This document shows, piece after piece, positions 1 through 10,195 of a DNA stretch of 64,000 nt. The notes below the pieces were generated by a model, which saw only the letters and a list, made by a program, of their open reading frames with translations, made no database searches and was not told where the DNA came from. Numbering within the stretch: the first letter of the stretch is position 1; each line of letters opens with the position of its first letter. Location: NCBI GenBank assembly GCA_021781955.1, contig JAJXVV010000003.1, positions 27,933-91,932 on the forward strand, in the 5' to 3' direction. A program made the position numbers and the translations under genes. This DNA is from a bacterium (lineage in GTDB: Bacteria; Patescibacteriota; Minisyncoccia; Phycocordibacterales; UBA2100).

Positions 1-194
1 CTGTTGGGCTTGTACGCGCACACGAGGTCCTTGGTGGCGTCGATGATGGCTCGATTGAAACCGACGATGCTCTCGCGGACGTCGGCCGTTCGCGCCGCTT
101 CGGGAATGCGTTCGAGGTCGCTATCGAGCCCAACGCACAGCATGTTGCCCGCATCCCACTGCTTCTCCAACAGCTCTCGAAAATCGCGACTCAT
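1..194 (-). CDS. pyrF: orotidine 5'-phosphate decarboxylase, N-terminal part (gene continues beyond window start)
   Basis: Minus-strand translation from ATG at 194-192 gives MSRDFRELLEKQWDAGNMLCVGLDSDLERIPE..., matching the N-terminal LCVGLD(P) region of type-2 OMP decarboxylases. Not in the ORF track because it is truncated by the window edge. Confidence 0.5.
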   Translation of the reverse strand, partial: MSRDFRELLEKQWDAGNMLCVGLDSDLERIPEAARTADVRESIVGFNRAIIDATKDLVCAYKPN

Positions 195-272
195 TAGGGG
201 CAATAGTATCATTCCGTATAAAAAGATACAGCCGGCGAAACCCTTGGGTTTCGCCGGCTGCGAATACTTCCG

Positions 273-707
273 TCAACACAAGTTGAAATGCCCGATCACT
301 GCTCTGTCGCCGACTAGCCGCGTATCGTCGTAATTGACGGGATCGACCAGCCGAAGCTGGAACCGGTAGTCCAGCCTGCCCGACGCTTCCAGGCGGAAAA
401 CAAAGCAGTCGTCCAAAAGCGCGAATTGGCGTCGATACCAGTCGATCCCATTCTGCATATCCATACAGTCAGCCAGATCTACCGCGCGACTCTCGAGTAT
501 CTCGACATCGGTCGTCAGGGCTTCAGCCGCCTCCGATGCCCTGACCTGGACCGCTTGCAACATCAGGCGGGCAACGCCGCGCTCCCTGACTTGCTTGATG
601 ACGAGCACGACCTCGGGCGGTTTTTCCATACCGAGCCGCCGTGCGGCGGCATTCGTTCGGCATGCCAATACCGCGTTAGCAGAATTTGCTTGCATGACCA
701 CCTCCAA
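273..707 (-). CDS. possible GNAT-family acetyltransferase (hypothetical)
   Basis: 144-aa ORF upstream of and co-oriented with pyrF. Contains an R-x-x-G-x-A element (VRERGVARLML) and a later GIDWYRRQFA segment resembling GNAT motifs A and B. The fold assignment is weak. Confidence 0.3.
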   Translation of the reverse strand: MEVVMQANSANAVLACRTNAAARRLGMEKPPEVVLVIKQVRERGVARLMLQAVQVRASEAAEALTTDVEILESRAVDLADCMDMQNGIDWYRRQFALLDDCFVFRLEASGRLDYRFQLRLVDPVNYDDTRLVGDRAVIGHFNLC

Positions 708-774
708 AAAGAACCGGGAGGTTGATGCTAACGAAATCGCACCCGTTCGTCAATCGCTCGGTTCGCGCGCTCCT

Positions 775-1959
775 TTAAAAGGCACCGAATTGTTTGCCGA
801 CCTTCGTAAACGCTTGCACCGCGCGCTCGATGTCCGCTTCGGTATGCGCAGCCGATACCTGGACGCGGATCCTCGCTTTGCCTTTGGGCACGACCGGAAA
901 CGCGAATCCGATCACGTAGATGCCTTCATCAAGGAGCGCCTTGGCCATCGCAACTGCGCGCTTCTCATCGCCGAGCATGATCGGCGTGATGGGGTGCGGC
1001 GCGTCCGATACCGTGAAGCCGTTCTCTTTCATGCGCGCGCGGAAGAGCGCGGTGTTATCCCAGAGTTTCTTGCGAACCTCCGGATGTTTAGCGAGATAAT
1101 CGATAACGAAAAGCGATGTGCCGGTGACGGCCGTATCGAGTGAGTTTGAAAAGAGATAGGTGCGGGAGCGGTTGCGCAAATAATCAGCCGCTTCCTTGCG
1201 GGTGGCGGTATACGCGCCGCCCGCGCCGCCGAGCGCTTTGCCGAAAGTGCCCGTCACGAAGTCGACGCGATCGGCGACACCGCAATGCTCCGGCGTGCCG
1301 CCTCCGTTGCTCCCCATCACGCCGATGCCGTGCGCATCGTCCACCATGACGAGCGCGCCGTACTTGCCGGCCAAATCACAGATCGCTTTGAGCGGCGCCA
1401 CGTCGCCGTCCATGCTGAAGACACCGTCGGTCGCAACGACCGTGAGCCGCTTGCCCGCAGCAGTCTTGAGCTTTTCTTCGAGATCGGCCATGTCCATGTG
1501 TTTAAAAACAGCGCGCTCGGCCTTGGAGAGGCGCACCGCGTCGATAATTGACGCGTGGTTGAGCTCATCGCTGATAATCATGTCTTCCGCGCCGAAGAAG
1601 GTTTGGAAGAGGCCGACGTTGGCCATGAAGCACGAGGAGTAGAGCACGGCGTCGTCCTGCCCGACGAGTTTCGCGATCGCGGCCTCAAGATCTTTGTGCA
1701 CAGTTTGCGTCCCGCAGATGAATCGCACCGAGGCAAGGCCGAAACCCCATTTTTTCACCGCGTTCTCCGACGCTTTTTCCAAAAGCCCCGTCCCCGAGAG
1801 CCCTAAATAATTATTCGCGCAGAAATTCAGAAGCTTCTTACCGCCGACCGCGATCTCTCTGCCTTGCGGCGACTCGAGCATGCGCTCGGTTTTGTACGTG
1901 CCAGTCTCCCGCATCGCAGCGAGTTCCTCCTGTAAAATTGGTTTGAGTTTGTCGTACAT
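775..1959 (-). CDS. kbl: 2-amino-3-ketobutyrate CoA ligase (glycine C-acetyltransferase)
   Basis: Near full-length similarity to E. coli Kbl from memory (NFCANNYLGL, SVRFICGTQ, ATDGVFSMDGD, MVDDAHG, PVVPKGKARIRVQVSAAHT). Start placed at the MYDKLK Met; the ORF track starts 9 codons earlier at 1986. Confidence 0.85.
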   Translation of the reverse strand: MYDKLKPILQEELAAMRETGTYKTERMLESPQGREIAVGGKKLLNFCANNYLGLSGTGLLEKASENAVKKWGFGLASVRFICGTQTVHKDLEAAIAKLVGQDDAVLYSSCFMANVGLFQTFFGAEDMIISDELNHASIIDAVRLSKAERAVFKHMDMADLEEKLKTAAGKRLTVVATDGVFSMDGDVAPLKAICDLAGKYGALVMVDDAHGIGVMGSNGGGTPEHCGVADRVDFVTGTFGKALGGAGGAYTATRKEAADYLRNRSRTYLFSNSLDTAVTGTSLFVIDYLAKHPEVRKKLWDNTALFRARMKENGFTVSDAPHPITPIMLGDEKRAVAMAKALLDEGIYVIGFAFPVVPKGKARIRVQVSAAHTEADIERAVQAFTKVGKQFGAF

Positions 1960-2041
1960 GGTGGGAAGTGTACGCCGCTGGCCCAAAAAGAAAAGGCCGC
2001 CACGAGAACGGTCTTTTCCGCTCTTGTGGACGGCCGAATGT

Positions 2042-2527
2042 TCAGTCTCCGTCTTTGTGATCGCGCGGCCAAGAACTTGTCAGCGAGGCCTCCGCTCGTT
2101 CTGCGCGTACCCTTGCCGTATCTGCCCGGTACGCGAACAGGAACGCGAGCGGCGACGAAGCATCTCTTAGATTGACGAGGACATGCGGTACGCTACGCGG
2201 TGCGACAAAATATGTGTTTTCCGTCAAGATCTTCACGCCAGACCATTTCAACTGCCCGTCGCCCGCCGCTTCCGCAAGACGCATCTCGCCAACGCCTCGC
2301 ACGATCAAGAACGATTCATCGTTCTGATCATGCATGTGGGCGAGACCTGAGCGTCCGCGAATGCTCCCCATGAAGATATCCCACCGTCCCCCGTCGCCAG
2401 TATCGGTGCGAACGTCAAGCTTGCGCACGTGAACATCGCTGCCATTCGCGGTACAGCTCTCCGCGAACGAACGGACCGTGTCGCTCCGTGAAAGTGTTTG
2501 CAAAACGACAAAGAGCCTTGCGCTCAT
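2042..2527 (-). CDS. cupin-domain protein (hypothetical)
   Basis: 161 aa between tdh and kbl on the same strand, with a cupin-like core (HMHDQNDESFLIVRGVGEM). Confidence 0.45.
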   Translation of the reverse strand: MSARLFVVLQTLSRSDTVRSFAESCTANGSDVHVRKLDVRTDTGDGGRWDIFMGSIRGRSGLAHMHDQNDESFLIVRGVGEMRLAEAAGDGQLKWSGVKILTENTYFVAPRSVPHVLVNLRDASSPLAFLFAYRADTARVRAERAEASLTSSWPRDHKDGD

Positions 2528-2611
2528 TGGTTTTCCTTTCTTGCGGTTCCGACGAATCCCGTCTGGGACGGTTATATCACGTAAAATCGCGGCTGCAATC
2601 GCGACTCGATC

Positions 2612-3823
2612 TCAGGCATTGATGCGGAACAGGATCTTCGGATACTTTTCCATCGCTTTTTCAAAAGACGCAGGCGTGAATTTCTTGAAATCGAGGACGG
2701 TGCCCTTCCCCTCCTTGAGCATCACCTTCCAGATCTTCTCTTGGATGCCATTGGTCTTGTCGGAGAGCACGCGCTGCGCGATCTGCCACGTGCCGAAGAT
2801 GCGGCGGCCGATGATGCCGTGAACGGTGAGTCCGCGCACGATGACCGAACGCGAGAAATCCGGTATCGTCATATCGCCGTCCTTGATCCCAAAGGCGATG
2901 ACGTGTCCGCCACGGCGCGTGCACATGATGCAGTTGTTGAGCGATGAGGGCGGGCCGGCCATTTCCATCGACACGTCGACACCCTTGCCATAGGTGAGCT
3001 CAATCACGCGCTCGACGACTTCCGGATCTGCGTCCCACGCGTGCTCCTTTTTCTTTTTCGTAATGAGAATGGTCTCATGCGCGCCGAGCCGCTTCGCCAT
3101 CGCGAGGTTGGCAGGGTTGACATCGGCGACGATGACCTTGGCCGCACCAAAGGCGCGCGCAAGAAGAATACTGAACATCCCGATCGCGCCCGCGCCCATG
3201 ATCGCGACGCGCTGCCCGCGCATATCGACTGCGGTTGTCGCATGCACCGCGTTGCCGAACGGATCCATGATGGAAGCGATCTCCGCACGGATGCGGCGGG
3301 AGTCGATCGCCCAGAGATTCTTCGCCGGTATCTTCACGTACTCAGCGAAAATCCCGTCGATCGAGATGCCGAGTATCGCCTCATTCAGACACACGTGCTC
3401 CTCGCCGAGACGGCACTGGTAGCAGCGTCCGCACGTCACGTGCGAGTCGCCGGACACGAGCGAGCCTACCTGTATCTTCACGGGATTCATCTCGTCTAGA
3501 TCGTAATAGAGGCGCTGCACCATAGAACCCATGGCGACGATCTCGCCGACGAATTCGTGGCCGGTGATGCGCACGCTCTTTCCCTCGCGTGAAAGCGAAT
3601 CGTGCACCATGTCGGAAAATGCGGTGCGGTACCAGAGTCCGCGATCGGAACCGCACACGCCGGCATACTTGATCTTGAGCACGACGGAGAGCGCGTCGTC
3701 GGGATTCTTCTTCTCATCGAGGACCGGCATCGGCACCTCGCGCATGACGAAACCGCGGCTCTTTTCCCATTCTCCTTTCGCGACATCTATGGTGAGTGCT
3801 TTAACCTTTCTCTGCATGGCCAT
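2612..3823 (-). CDS. tdh: L-threonine 3-dehydrogenase (Zn-dependent MDR family)
   Basis: Zn-ADH motifs (GVCGSD, GHEFVGEIV, catalytic Cys/His pattern, GAGAIG Rossmann) and colinear similarity to Tdh. Lies upstream of kbl in the same orientation, which is the classic threonine-to-glycine pair. Confidence 0.8.
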   Translation of the reverse strand: MAMQRKVKALTIDVAKGEWEKSRGFVMREVPMPVLDEKKNPDDALSVVLKIKYAGVCGSDRGLWYRTAFSDMVHDSLSREGKSVRITGHEFVGEIVAMGSMVQRLYYDLDEMNPVKIQVGSLVSGDSHVTCGRCYQCRLGEEHVCLNEAILGISIDGIFAEYVKIPAKNLWAIDSRRIRAEIASIMDPFGNAVHATTAVDMRGQRVAIMGAGAIGMFSILLARAFGAAKVIVADVNPANLAMAKRLGAHETILITKKKKEHAWDADPEVVERVIELTYGKGVDVSMEMAGPPSSLNNCIMCTRRGGHVIAFGIKDGDMTIPDFSRSVIVRGLTVHGIIGRRIFGTWQIAQRVLSDKTNGIQEKIWKVMLKEGKGTVLDFKKFTPASFEKAMEKYPKILFRINA

Positions 3824-3891
3824 ACGGTGGTACTCACTACACTACCACACGTACTGTTCTTTGCGCTACCCGCGTGGTATAGATTGATGTA

Positions 3892-5196
3892 ATGAACGCT
3901 CGCATCACTTCCCTCACCGAGCGGACGAGACGGGCAGGCGAGGGCGTGCTTGCCGAAGAAAAGAGCGGCGTCCTCGCACATCTTCCGTTCCTCGGCCCTG
4001 CGGTCATTGCCTCCATCGCCTACATGGACCCCGGCAATTTCGCGACGAACATCCAATCAGGGGCGCAGTACGGTTACATGCTCCTGTGGGTCGTGCTCGT
4101 CGCCAACTTGATCGCGATGCTCTTCCAAGCACTCTCGGCCAAGCTCGGTATCGTGACCGGTAAAAGCCTTGCCGAGCACTGCCGCGAGCAACTGCCCGCG
4201 TGGGCAACGTATGCGCTGTGGATCGGGAGCGAACTTGCCGCTATGGCGACCGATCTGGCCGAGGTCTTGGGCGGCGCCATCGGACTCACGCTCCTTTTCG
4301 GTCTCCCACTTATCGTGAGCGCCGCCATCACCGGCGTCGCCACCTATGTCATCCTGCTCCTCGAAGGGACCGGCTTCCGACCGATGGAGATCGTCATCGG
4401 CACGTTCGTCGGCGCGATCAGCTTGAGCTACATCGCGGAGCTTTTCATCGCCCCGCCCGCATGGGGCTCAGCGCTCTTCCACGCCGTCGTACCGCAACTC
4501 GCCGGCGGCGACAGCGTGCTCTTGGCAGTGGGTATCGTCGGCGCCACGGTGATGCCGCACGCCATCTACCTCCACTCGAGCCTCACCAAAGACCGCATAC
4601 CGGTGCGGGGCGACGCCGACGTGAAGCGCGTGCTCACCTTCTCCAACCACGAGGTCCTGCTCGCGCTTGGCGCCGCAGGACTCGTCAACATGGCGATGGT
4701 CGCCATGTCGGCGGTCGTCTTCTTCGCGACCGGCCATCAAAACGTCGCCTCGATCGAGAGCGCCTACCACACGCTCACGCCTCTGCTCGGCATCGCGGCC
4801 GCAGGCATCTTCATGCTCTCGCTCTTGGCCTCCGGATTTTCGAGCTCGGTCGTCGGCACGATGGCCGGGCAGACTATCATGCAGGATTTCGTGCATTTTA
4901 AAGTGCCGCTCTCCATCCGCCGTCTGCTCACGCTCGTCCCGACCTTTTTCGTGATCGGATTCGGCGTCGACCCGACGCAAGCGCTCATCGTAAGCCAGGT
5001 CGTGTTGAGCCTGCTCCTGCCGCTCCCGATCATCGCGCTCATCGTCTTCACCTCGCGCAAGGACATCATGGGACAGTTCGCGAGCGGCCCGCTCCTCCTC
5101 GGCGGCGCATCGCTCGCCTCACTCGTCGTCATCGCGCTCAACGTGTTGCTCCTCCTCCAGGTCGTCCGCGTGCCGATCCCCCTTTTGTCGGCATAA
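3892..5196 (+). CDS. mntH: NRAMP-family divalent metal (Mn2+/Fe2+) transporter
   Basis: DPGN motif (AYMDPGNFATN), MPHAIYLHSS motif, about 11 TM helices. Confidence 0.85.
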   Translation: MNARITSLTERTRRAGEGVLAEEKSGVLAHLPFLGPAVIASIAYMDPGNFATNIQSGAQYGYMLLWVVLVANLIAMLFQALSAKLGIVTGKSLAEHCREQLPAWATYALWIGSELAAMATDLAEVLGGAIGLTLLFGLPLIVSAAITGVATYVILLLEGTGFRPMEIVIGTFVGAISLSYIAELFIAPPAWGSALFHAVVPQLAGGDSVLLAVGIVGATVMPHAIYLHSSLTKDRIPVRGDADVKRVLTFSNHEVLLALGAAGLVNMAMVAMSAVVFFATGHQNVASIESAYHTLTPLLGIAAAGIFMLSLLASGFSSSVVGTMAGQTIMQDFVHFKVPLSIRRLLTLVPTFFVIGFGVDPTQALIVSQVVLSLLLPLPIIALIVFTSRKDIMGQFASGPLLLGGASLASLVVIALNVLLLLQVVRVPIPLLSA

Positions 5197-5199
5197 GTT

Positions 5200-8100
5200 T
5201 TACCGCGATTTCTGCGGAGCGCGGAAGAAGAGGACGGGTACGAGGATAAGCGTGAGGACGATCGCGAAGGAAAGGCCGAACATGATGGCGAAAGCGAGCG
5301 GACCCCACATCGCGTTGGTGAAGGAGAGCGGTACCATGCCGATCACCGTCGCGATTGTCGTGAGCGCGATGGGGCGCAGCCGCGTCGCAGCCGATTCAAC
5401 GACCGTATCTATCATCGGTTCCTCCGGATGCGCGCGGCGACGATGGATCATAGAATCCATGAGGATGATGGCGTGATTGATGATGACGCCGCCGAGCGCT
5501 ATGACGCCCAAGAGCGAGGAGAACGAGACCGGCTGCCCGACGAGCGCGAGGCCGTCCAAGACGCCGATGAGCGAGAGCGGCACGATGACGAGCAGGTAGA
5601 GCGTGTAGCGGATGGAGTTGAACGCGATGATGAGGATCATGAACATGAGCAAGAGTCCTGCGATGAGCGCGATGAACATGTCGGAGAAGGATTGATTGAT
5701 GTTCTGCGTTTCGCCGCCGTAGCTCACGGTCACGCCGGAGGGCAGGTTCAGTTCACTCAAGCGCTTTTGGAACTCGCTCGTCACCGCAGAGGCGGTCGTG
5801 TGGCTGTCTGGATAGGCCGAGACGGTCTCTTCGCGCACCTTGTTGCGATGCGAGATGCTCGCATTGCTCTGCGCGAGCGAGGTCGAGAGTATGGAGCCGA
5901 GCAATACCGGCCCGTTGCTCCCTTGCACCGAAAGGCTGTTGATGGCGTCGGCGGTCGTTTGATTCGTGTCCGACGGCGTCGTGAACGCGGGATTGAGGTC
6001 GAGCTTTGCGACAACGTCGATGTTTTGTCCGGGCAGCGTGATGGTCGTCGCCTTCGCGCCGTTGACCGAATCGCGCAAGACCTGCGCCACCTGCGCCGCA
6101 TTCACGCCGAAGGCCGCGGCCTTCGCTCGATCGATCGAGAGGTCGAACTCGGTGCCGTTGTTCTGCGTCGAAGAGGTCACGTTGGTCACGTGCGGCATGG
6201 TAAGGAGGAGCGCCTTGCCGCGATCAGCCGCCGTAATGAGATCGTCCAAGTTGTTGCCGTCGAATTGTATTTGGATGGGCGCGCCGGAGGATGGACCGTT
6301 GGAGCTTTGGAGCACCTGTACCGTCGCATCGTGTATCGGCGCGAGAAGCTGCTGCAGGTCGGTGACGATCTGCGTCGAGGTCTTCGTACGGTCGGTCCGC
6401 AAATTCACGGTGATGTTGGCCAGATTGGTGCTTGCGGGCGCGCCCGCGCTCAAGCCGCTCGAAAGCGCCGACCCCTGCCCTACCGTCGTCTGGAACGAAG
6501 CGATGTCTTTGTCGGTATACAGGAACTCCTCCACCTCGCGGGCCGCGAGATCGGTGCGCGCAAGCGTCGTCCCTTCCGGCGTCTCTATGTTAATGAACAC
6601 GAAATCCTGGTCGCTCTGCGGGAAGAAGACCGATTGCACAAGTCCGGATATCGGCAAGATAAGCGACGCCGCGAAAAGCAGACCGAGCGTCCAGAGGAAC
6701 CGGCGCTGCAAGCGCGGGCGCTCCAAGAGCACGCGCAAGGCGCGCTTGTACCACTCGGTGATCTTCGCGGTATACTCCTCCTGTTTCTCTTCGAGACGAT
6801 TGCGCTTGCCGCCGGTCAACGCGAGCGCGACCAAGGGCACGATGCCGAGGGCGACGAAGATCGATGCGGTCAGTACGAAAATGAGCGTGTACGGAATACC
6901 CGCGATGAACTTGCCGACGATGCCGCGAATGAAGAAGAGCGGCGCGAACACGGCGACCGTTGCCATCGTGCCGGCGATGAGGGGCCATGCGTAGTCGTGA
7001 AGCGCTGCGTGCGCCGCTTCGATCGGAGTCGGATACAGCTTGATGCGCGCGTGTATCGCCTCAGTGACGACGATGCCGGAGTCGACCAAGATGCCGACCG
7101 CGAGAATGAGCGCGAAGAGCGATATGAAGTTGAGCGTGTTGCCGGTGAGGTAGAGCGCGAGGAACGCGATCAAGAACGATATCGGTATCGAGATGGCCGC
7201 GACGAACGATTCGCGCCAGCCGATCGTGAGGAAGAGCACCGCCATGACGAGGAGCACGGTGATAGCGCCCGTGTGTGTGAGGTCGCCGAGCTGCTTTGCG
7301 ACCTGTGCGCCCTGATCAGTGGAAGGCGGTATGAAAACGTCGAGTCCCTTGAGCGTGGTGCTCTGGAGCTTTTGGAGCTCAGTGCGCACCGAATCCGCGG
7401 TCGTTTGGATGCCGGCGCTCGATTGCTTGTAGACGGTGAGCTCGATCGCCTGCTCGCTCGGCTTGCCCCCGATGGAGAGCCGCGAGTAGCTCGTGGCCGG
7501 CGCGAGTCCGTCGGAGATGAGCGCGATATCGCGCAGGTAAATGGGCGAACCGCTCTTTTGCCCGACCGCTATGTTCGCGATCTGCGAAGTGTCGGTGATG
7601 CCGCCCTTGAAGTTGAGATCGTAGTTGACGCCGTCAAAAGAGACGTTGCCTGCGGGCAGCGCCGCATTGCTCGCAGCGATCGCCGCAACGACGCCGGGAA
7701 GCGTAAGACCGTACTGCGAGAGTGCCGCTTGGCGCACGACGACGTCCACCTCGCGGTCAGGGACTCCCGCGACGTCGACCGAGGAGACGCCTGAGATCGC
7801 GGATAGATCGTTAGAAAGCGCCGTCCCGAGCGCCGAGAATTGCGTCGGCGGCAGATCGCCCCCGATCGAGGCGACGAGGATCGGTTGCGCGTTGAAATCT
7901 ATTTTGATGACCTGCGGCGTGGAAGCGTCGGTCGGCAGGTTCGGCTCTGCCTTGGCGACCGCGTCGCGCAGGTCTTGGATGGACTGGTTGATATCGGCGC
8001 TTGCGACGAACTGCACCGTGATCTCGGAAACGCCGTCGGACGACATCGAGGTCATCGTGTCGATGTTGGCGATGCCCGATATCTGATCTTCGAGTTTGTC

Positions 8101-8295
8101 CGTGACCAGCGTTTCCATGTCGGACGCGGAGGCACCCGGTAAGGTCGTTACAACGAAGCCGTCGGGTATCGTGATGGACGGGTAGTTCTCCTTCGGTATC
8201 GAAACGAGCGCCCAAATTCCTGCGGCGCAGAGCGCCGCCAAGAGGACGTAACTGAACTGGCGTTTATTCAAGAAAAAGTTCCAAAGCCACAGCAT
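5200..8295 (-). CDS. RND-family efflux permease (AcrB/HAE-type)
   Basis: 1031-aa 12-TM protein with two large periplasmic loops. Typical RND signatures. Convergent with mntH. Confidence 0.85.
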   Translation of the reverse strand: MLWLWNFFLNKRQFSYVLLAALCAAGIWALVSIPKENYPSITIPDGFVVTTLPGASASDMETLVTDKLEDQISGIANIDTMTSMSSDGVSEITVQFVASADINQSIQDLRDAVAKAEPNLPTDASTPQVIKIDFNAQPILVASIGGDLPPTQFSALGTALSNDLSAISGVSSVDVAGVPDREVDVVVRQAALSQYGLTLPGVVAAIAASNAALPAGNVSFDGVNYDLNFKGGITDTSQIANIAVGQKSGSPIYLRDIALISDGLAPATSYSRLSIGGKPSEQAIELTVYKQSSAGIQTTADSVRTELQKLQSTTLKGLDVFIPPSTDQGAQVAKQLGDLTHTGAITVLLVMAVLFLTIGWRESFVAAISIPISFLIAFLALYLTGNTLNFISLFALILAVGILVDSGIVVTEAIHARIKLYPTPIEAAHAALHDYAWPLIAGTMATVAVFAPLFFIRGIVGKFIAGIPYTLIFVLTASIFVALGIVPLVALALTGGKRNRLEEKQEEYTAKITEWYKRALRVLLERPRLQRRFLWTLGLLFAASLILPISGLVQSVFFPQSDQDFVFINIETPEGTTLARTDLAAREVEEFLYTDKDIASFQTTVGQGSALSSGLSAGAPASTNLANITVNLRTDRTKTSTQIVTDLQQLLAPIHDATVQVLQSSNGPSSGAPIQIQFDGNNLDDLITAADRGKALLLTMPHVTNVTSSTQNNGTEFDLSIDRAKAAAFGVNAAQVAQVLRDSVNGAKATTITLPGQNIDVVAKLDLNPAFTTPSDTNQTTADAINSLSVQGSNGPVLLGSILSTSLAQSNASISHRNKVREETVSAYPDSHTTASAVTSEFQKRLSELNLPSGVTVSYGGETQNINQSFSDMFIALIAGLLLMFMILIIAFNSIRYTLYLLVIVPLSLIGVLDGLALVGQPVSFSSLLGVIALGGVIINHAIILMDSMIHRRRAHPEEPMIDTVVESAATRLRPIALTTIATVIGMVPLSFTNAMWGPLAFAIMFGLSFAIVLTLILVPVLFFRAPQKSR

Positions 8296-8301
8296 AGGCG
8301 T

Positions 8302-9936
8302 CTATGGCGCCGTGGACGTGGCATTGTCGGAGCCGACGATAACGAACTCGCCCGCCGAGTGCCCGCGCGCATCGGTGACGATCTGTAGGTCCGGCGATAT
8401 GCCGGAAACAACGACCCGGTCGCCGAGGATGGGGCCGAGCTGCACCGGCTGCGCAGCGAGCGTCGAGCTCGCGCTCACGATGAATACGACCGAGCCGCCC
8501 GGAGTTATCTTGAGCGCGTTGATCGGAATGGAAAGCTGCGCGTTCTGTTTCGAGAGCGGCGCGCGAGCACGCGTGAGCGAGAGCGCGACGGCTTCGCCGT
8601 CGGTGAGATCGCCGGTCGCACCGGTTACACCAACTTTAACCTCTATCTTTCCGGTCGATGGATCGAGCGCGGGCGCGACGAACGTAATGACGCCGGGGAC
8701 CAAGCTCTCCATCATCGCGGGAGCACCGACGGCAAGCGTCTTCGCGTCGTCCGAGGTCACCTGTGCGTCCACGTAGAGCGCGCCGGGATTGGAGACGATA
8801 GCGACCTGCGAGAACGCGGGCACAAAATCGCCCTGCGTCACCGGCAAACTCACGATGGTGCCGGATATGGGGCTCCTGATGATGGTCTTCTCGAGCGCGG
8901 ATTGCGCGGCCTGCAACGCGCCTTGCGCCGATTTGAGCGAAGCCTGCGCTGCCGCGATGTCCTGCGGCGTACCAGAGGTCGCGCTATTGGATGCCGTTTG
9001 CGCCGACGAAAGCGCGCTATCATACGCGCTCTGCGCCGCGACGATCGCGCTTATCGCGGCAACCACTTCCGTGCGCGCCACCGAAAGCGATGCCTGGTAG
9101 CCGCTGATCGCTGAAGCTGAGTAATTGGTGTTGGGCACGGCCTGATTGAGCGCGGTGATGAGGTCGTTCAGGAACGCGGCGATTTGCCGCGTATCGGAGA
9201 GCATCTCCTGCGCGCTACCGGCGACGTCGATCGACGAGGAAGCCGTCACGATACCCTGCATATCCGCGAACGTGTTATTGAGACCGAGGCGCTCGTTGTT
9301 GATATTAGTGACGAGCTGCGTGTTGGGCACGGTAAGCGAGATGAATCGAGGGTCGCCCGAGTGCGGGTTGGTGAAGAGCACATCGGCTTTGGTATGCACG
9401 GCATCGTCGAGCGAGGAATATGCGCTCACGAGCGCCGCATCGAGCGCCGTGCCAGCGTTCTGCGCTGCCGTCGCCGCCTGCTGCGAGGTGATGCCGGTAT
9501 TGGCGGCGGTCGTGCTGGTGAGCTTCGAGAGCGAAGCCTGCGCCGCGTCGTACGCACCTTGCGCCTGTGTCACCGCTGCGCGCTGCGCGGAATTCTCGAA
9601 CTGCCCCAGCACCTGCCCGGCAACGACATGATCGCCGATCGATGCGGAGAGGCTCACGATCTCGCCAGAAGTTTGCGCCAGTATCGTCGCCTGGCTCTCC
9701 GACTTGACCGTACCGACGACCGAGAGCGGTCCCGCTTCGGCCGAAAGCGCGCTCACGGATTCAAGCGTCACGGTCGGCGTACCGGAAGGCTGGCTTTGTG
9801 TCGATGAGGTCGCGGCCATGAAGTGCCGCACGCCGATCACGATGACCGCAATGATAACGACGCCCCCGCCTGCCGCGTACGGCCAGGGCACCATCCGCAC
9901 CCGCTGCATCACATCACGCCATGTCATGTGATACAC
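8302..9936 (-). CDS. efflux periplasmic adaptor (membrane fusion protein, HlyD family)
   Basis: N-terminal membrane anchor, long Ala/Ser/Gln-rich coiled-coil region, C-terminal beta-barrel-like segment. Immediately upstream of the RND gene. The exact start among the first 15 codons is uncertain. Confidence 0.7.
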   Translation of the reverse strand: MYHMTWRDVMQRVRMVPWPYAAGGGVVIIAVIVIGVRHFMAATSSTQSQPSGTPTVTLESVSALSAEAGPLSVVGTVKSESQATILAQTSGEIVSLSASIGDHVVAGQVLGQFENSAQRAAVTQAQGAYDAAQASLSKLTSTTAANTGITSQQAATAAQNAGTALDAALVSAYSSLDDAVHTKADVLFTNPHSGDPRFISLTVPNTQLVTNINNERLGLNNTFADMQGIVTASSSIDVAGSAQEMLSDTRQIAAFLNDLITALNQAVPNTNYSASAISGYQASLSVARTEVVAAISAIVAAQSAYDSALSSAQTASNSATSGTPQDIAAAQASLKSAQGALQAAQSALEKTIIRSPISGTIVSLPVTQGDFVPAFSQVAIVSNPGALYVDAQVTSDDAKTLAVGAPAMMESLVPGVITFVAPALDPSTGKIEVKVGVTGATGDLTDGEAVALSLTRARAPLSKQNAQLSIPINALKITPGGSVVFIVSASSTLAAQPVQLGPILGDRVVVSGISPDLQIVTDARGHSAGEFVIVGSDNATSTAP

Positions 9937-10195
9937 AGTATACTACGCGGCACCATCGCCGTTTACCTGATGTGGTCGCAGAGCGCTGCGAGCCCGGCAC
10001 CGGCCGCGAGCGCGCCCGCAGCAGCCGCGACGGCCGAGCAACAAAACCCGGCACCCGCATCGACGAGCAGTGCGCCGCACCGGTGACGACTACCTCGTCG
10101 CCGTCGACGCGCAGGGCATGATCCTTCGGTGACCTTCGCTTCGCACCCCACCCTTTCATGCCGGAAACCTACGAGGTGACACCTCGTGGGTTTCG

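Noticed and set aside
4-333. 109-aa plus-strand ORF at the window start
   Set aside because: It overlaps, in antisense, the clear pyrF N-terminal coding region on the minus strand and has no recognisable motif.
5428-7794. 788-aa plus-strand ORF, plus similar long antisense ORFs at 13146-14513, 14418-15386, 45612-47288, 48432-50222 and 33725-34645
   Set aside because: These are antisense to well-supported genes (RND, MFP, MFS, ABC exporter, valS, recombinase). They are Arg/Asp/Glu/His-rich with a low-complexity composition typical of spurious ORFs on the opposite strand of high-GC coding DNA.
10163-10191. Possible terminator hairpin (cgagg-tgaca-cctcg) downstream of the MacB-like ATPase gene
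   Set aside because: The stem is only 5 bp and the T-tract is weak, which is too marginal to report as a feature.
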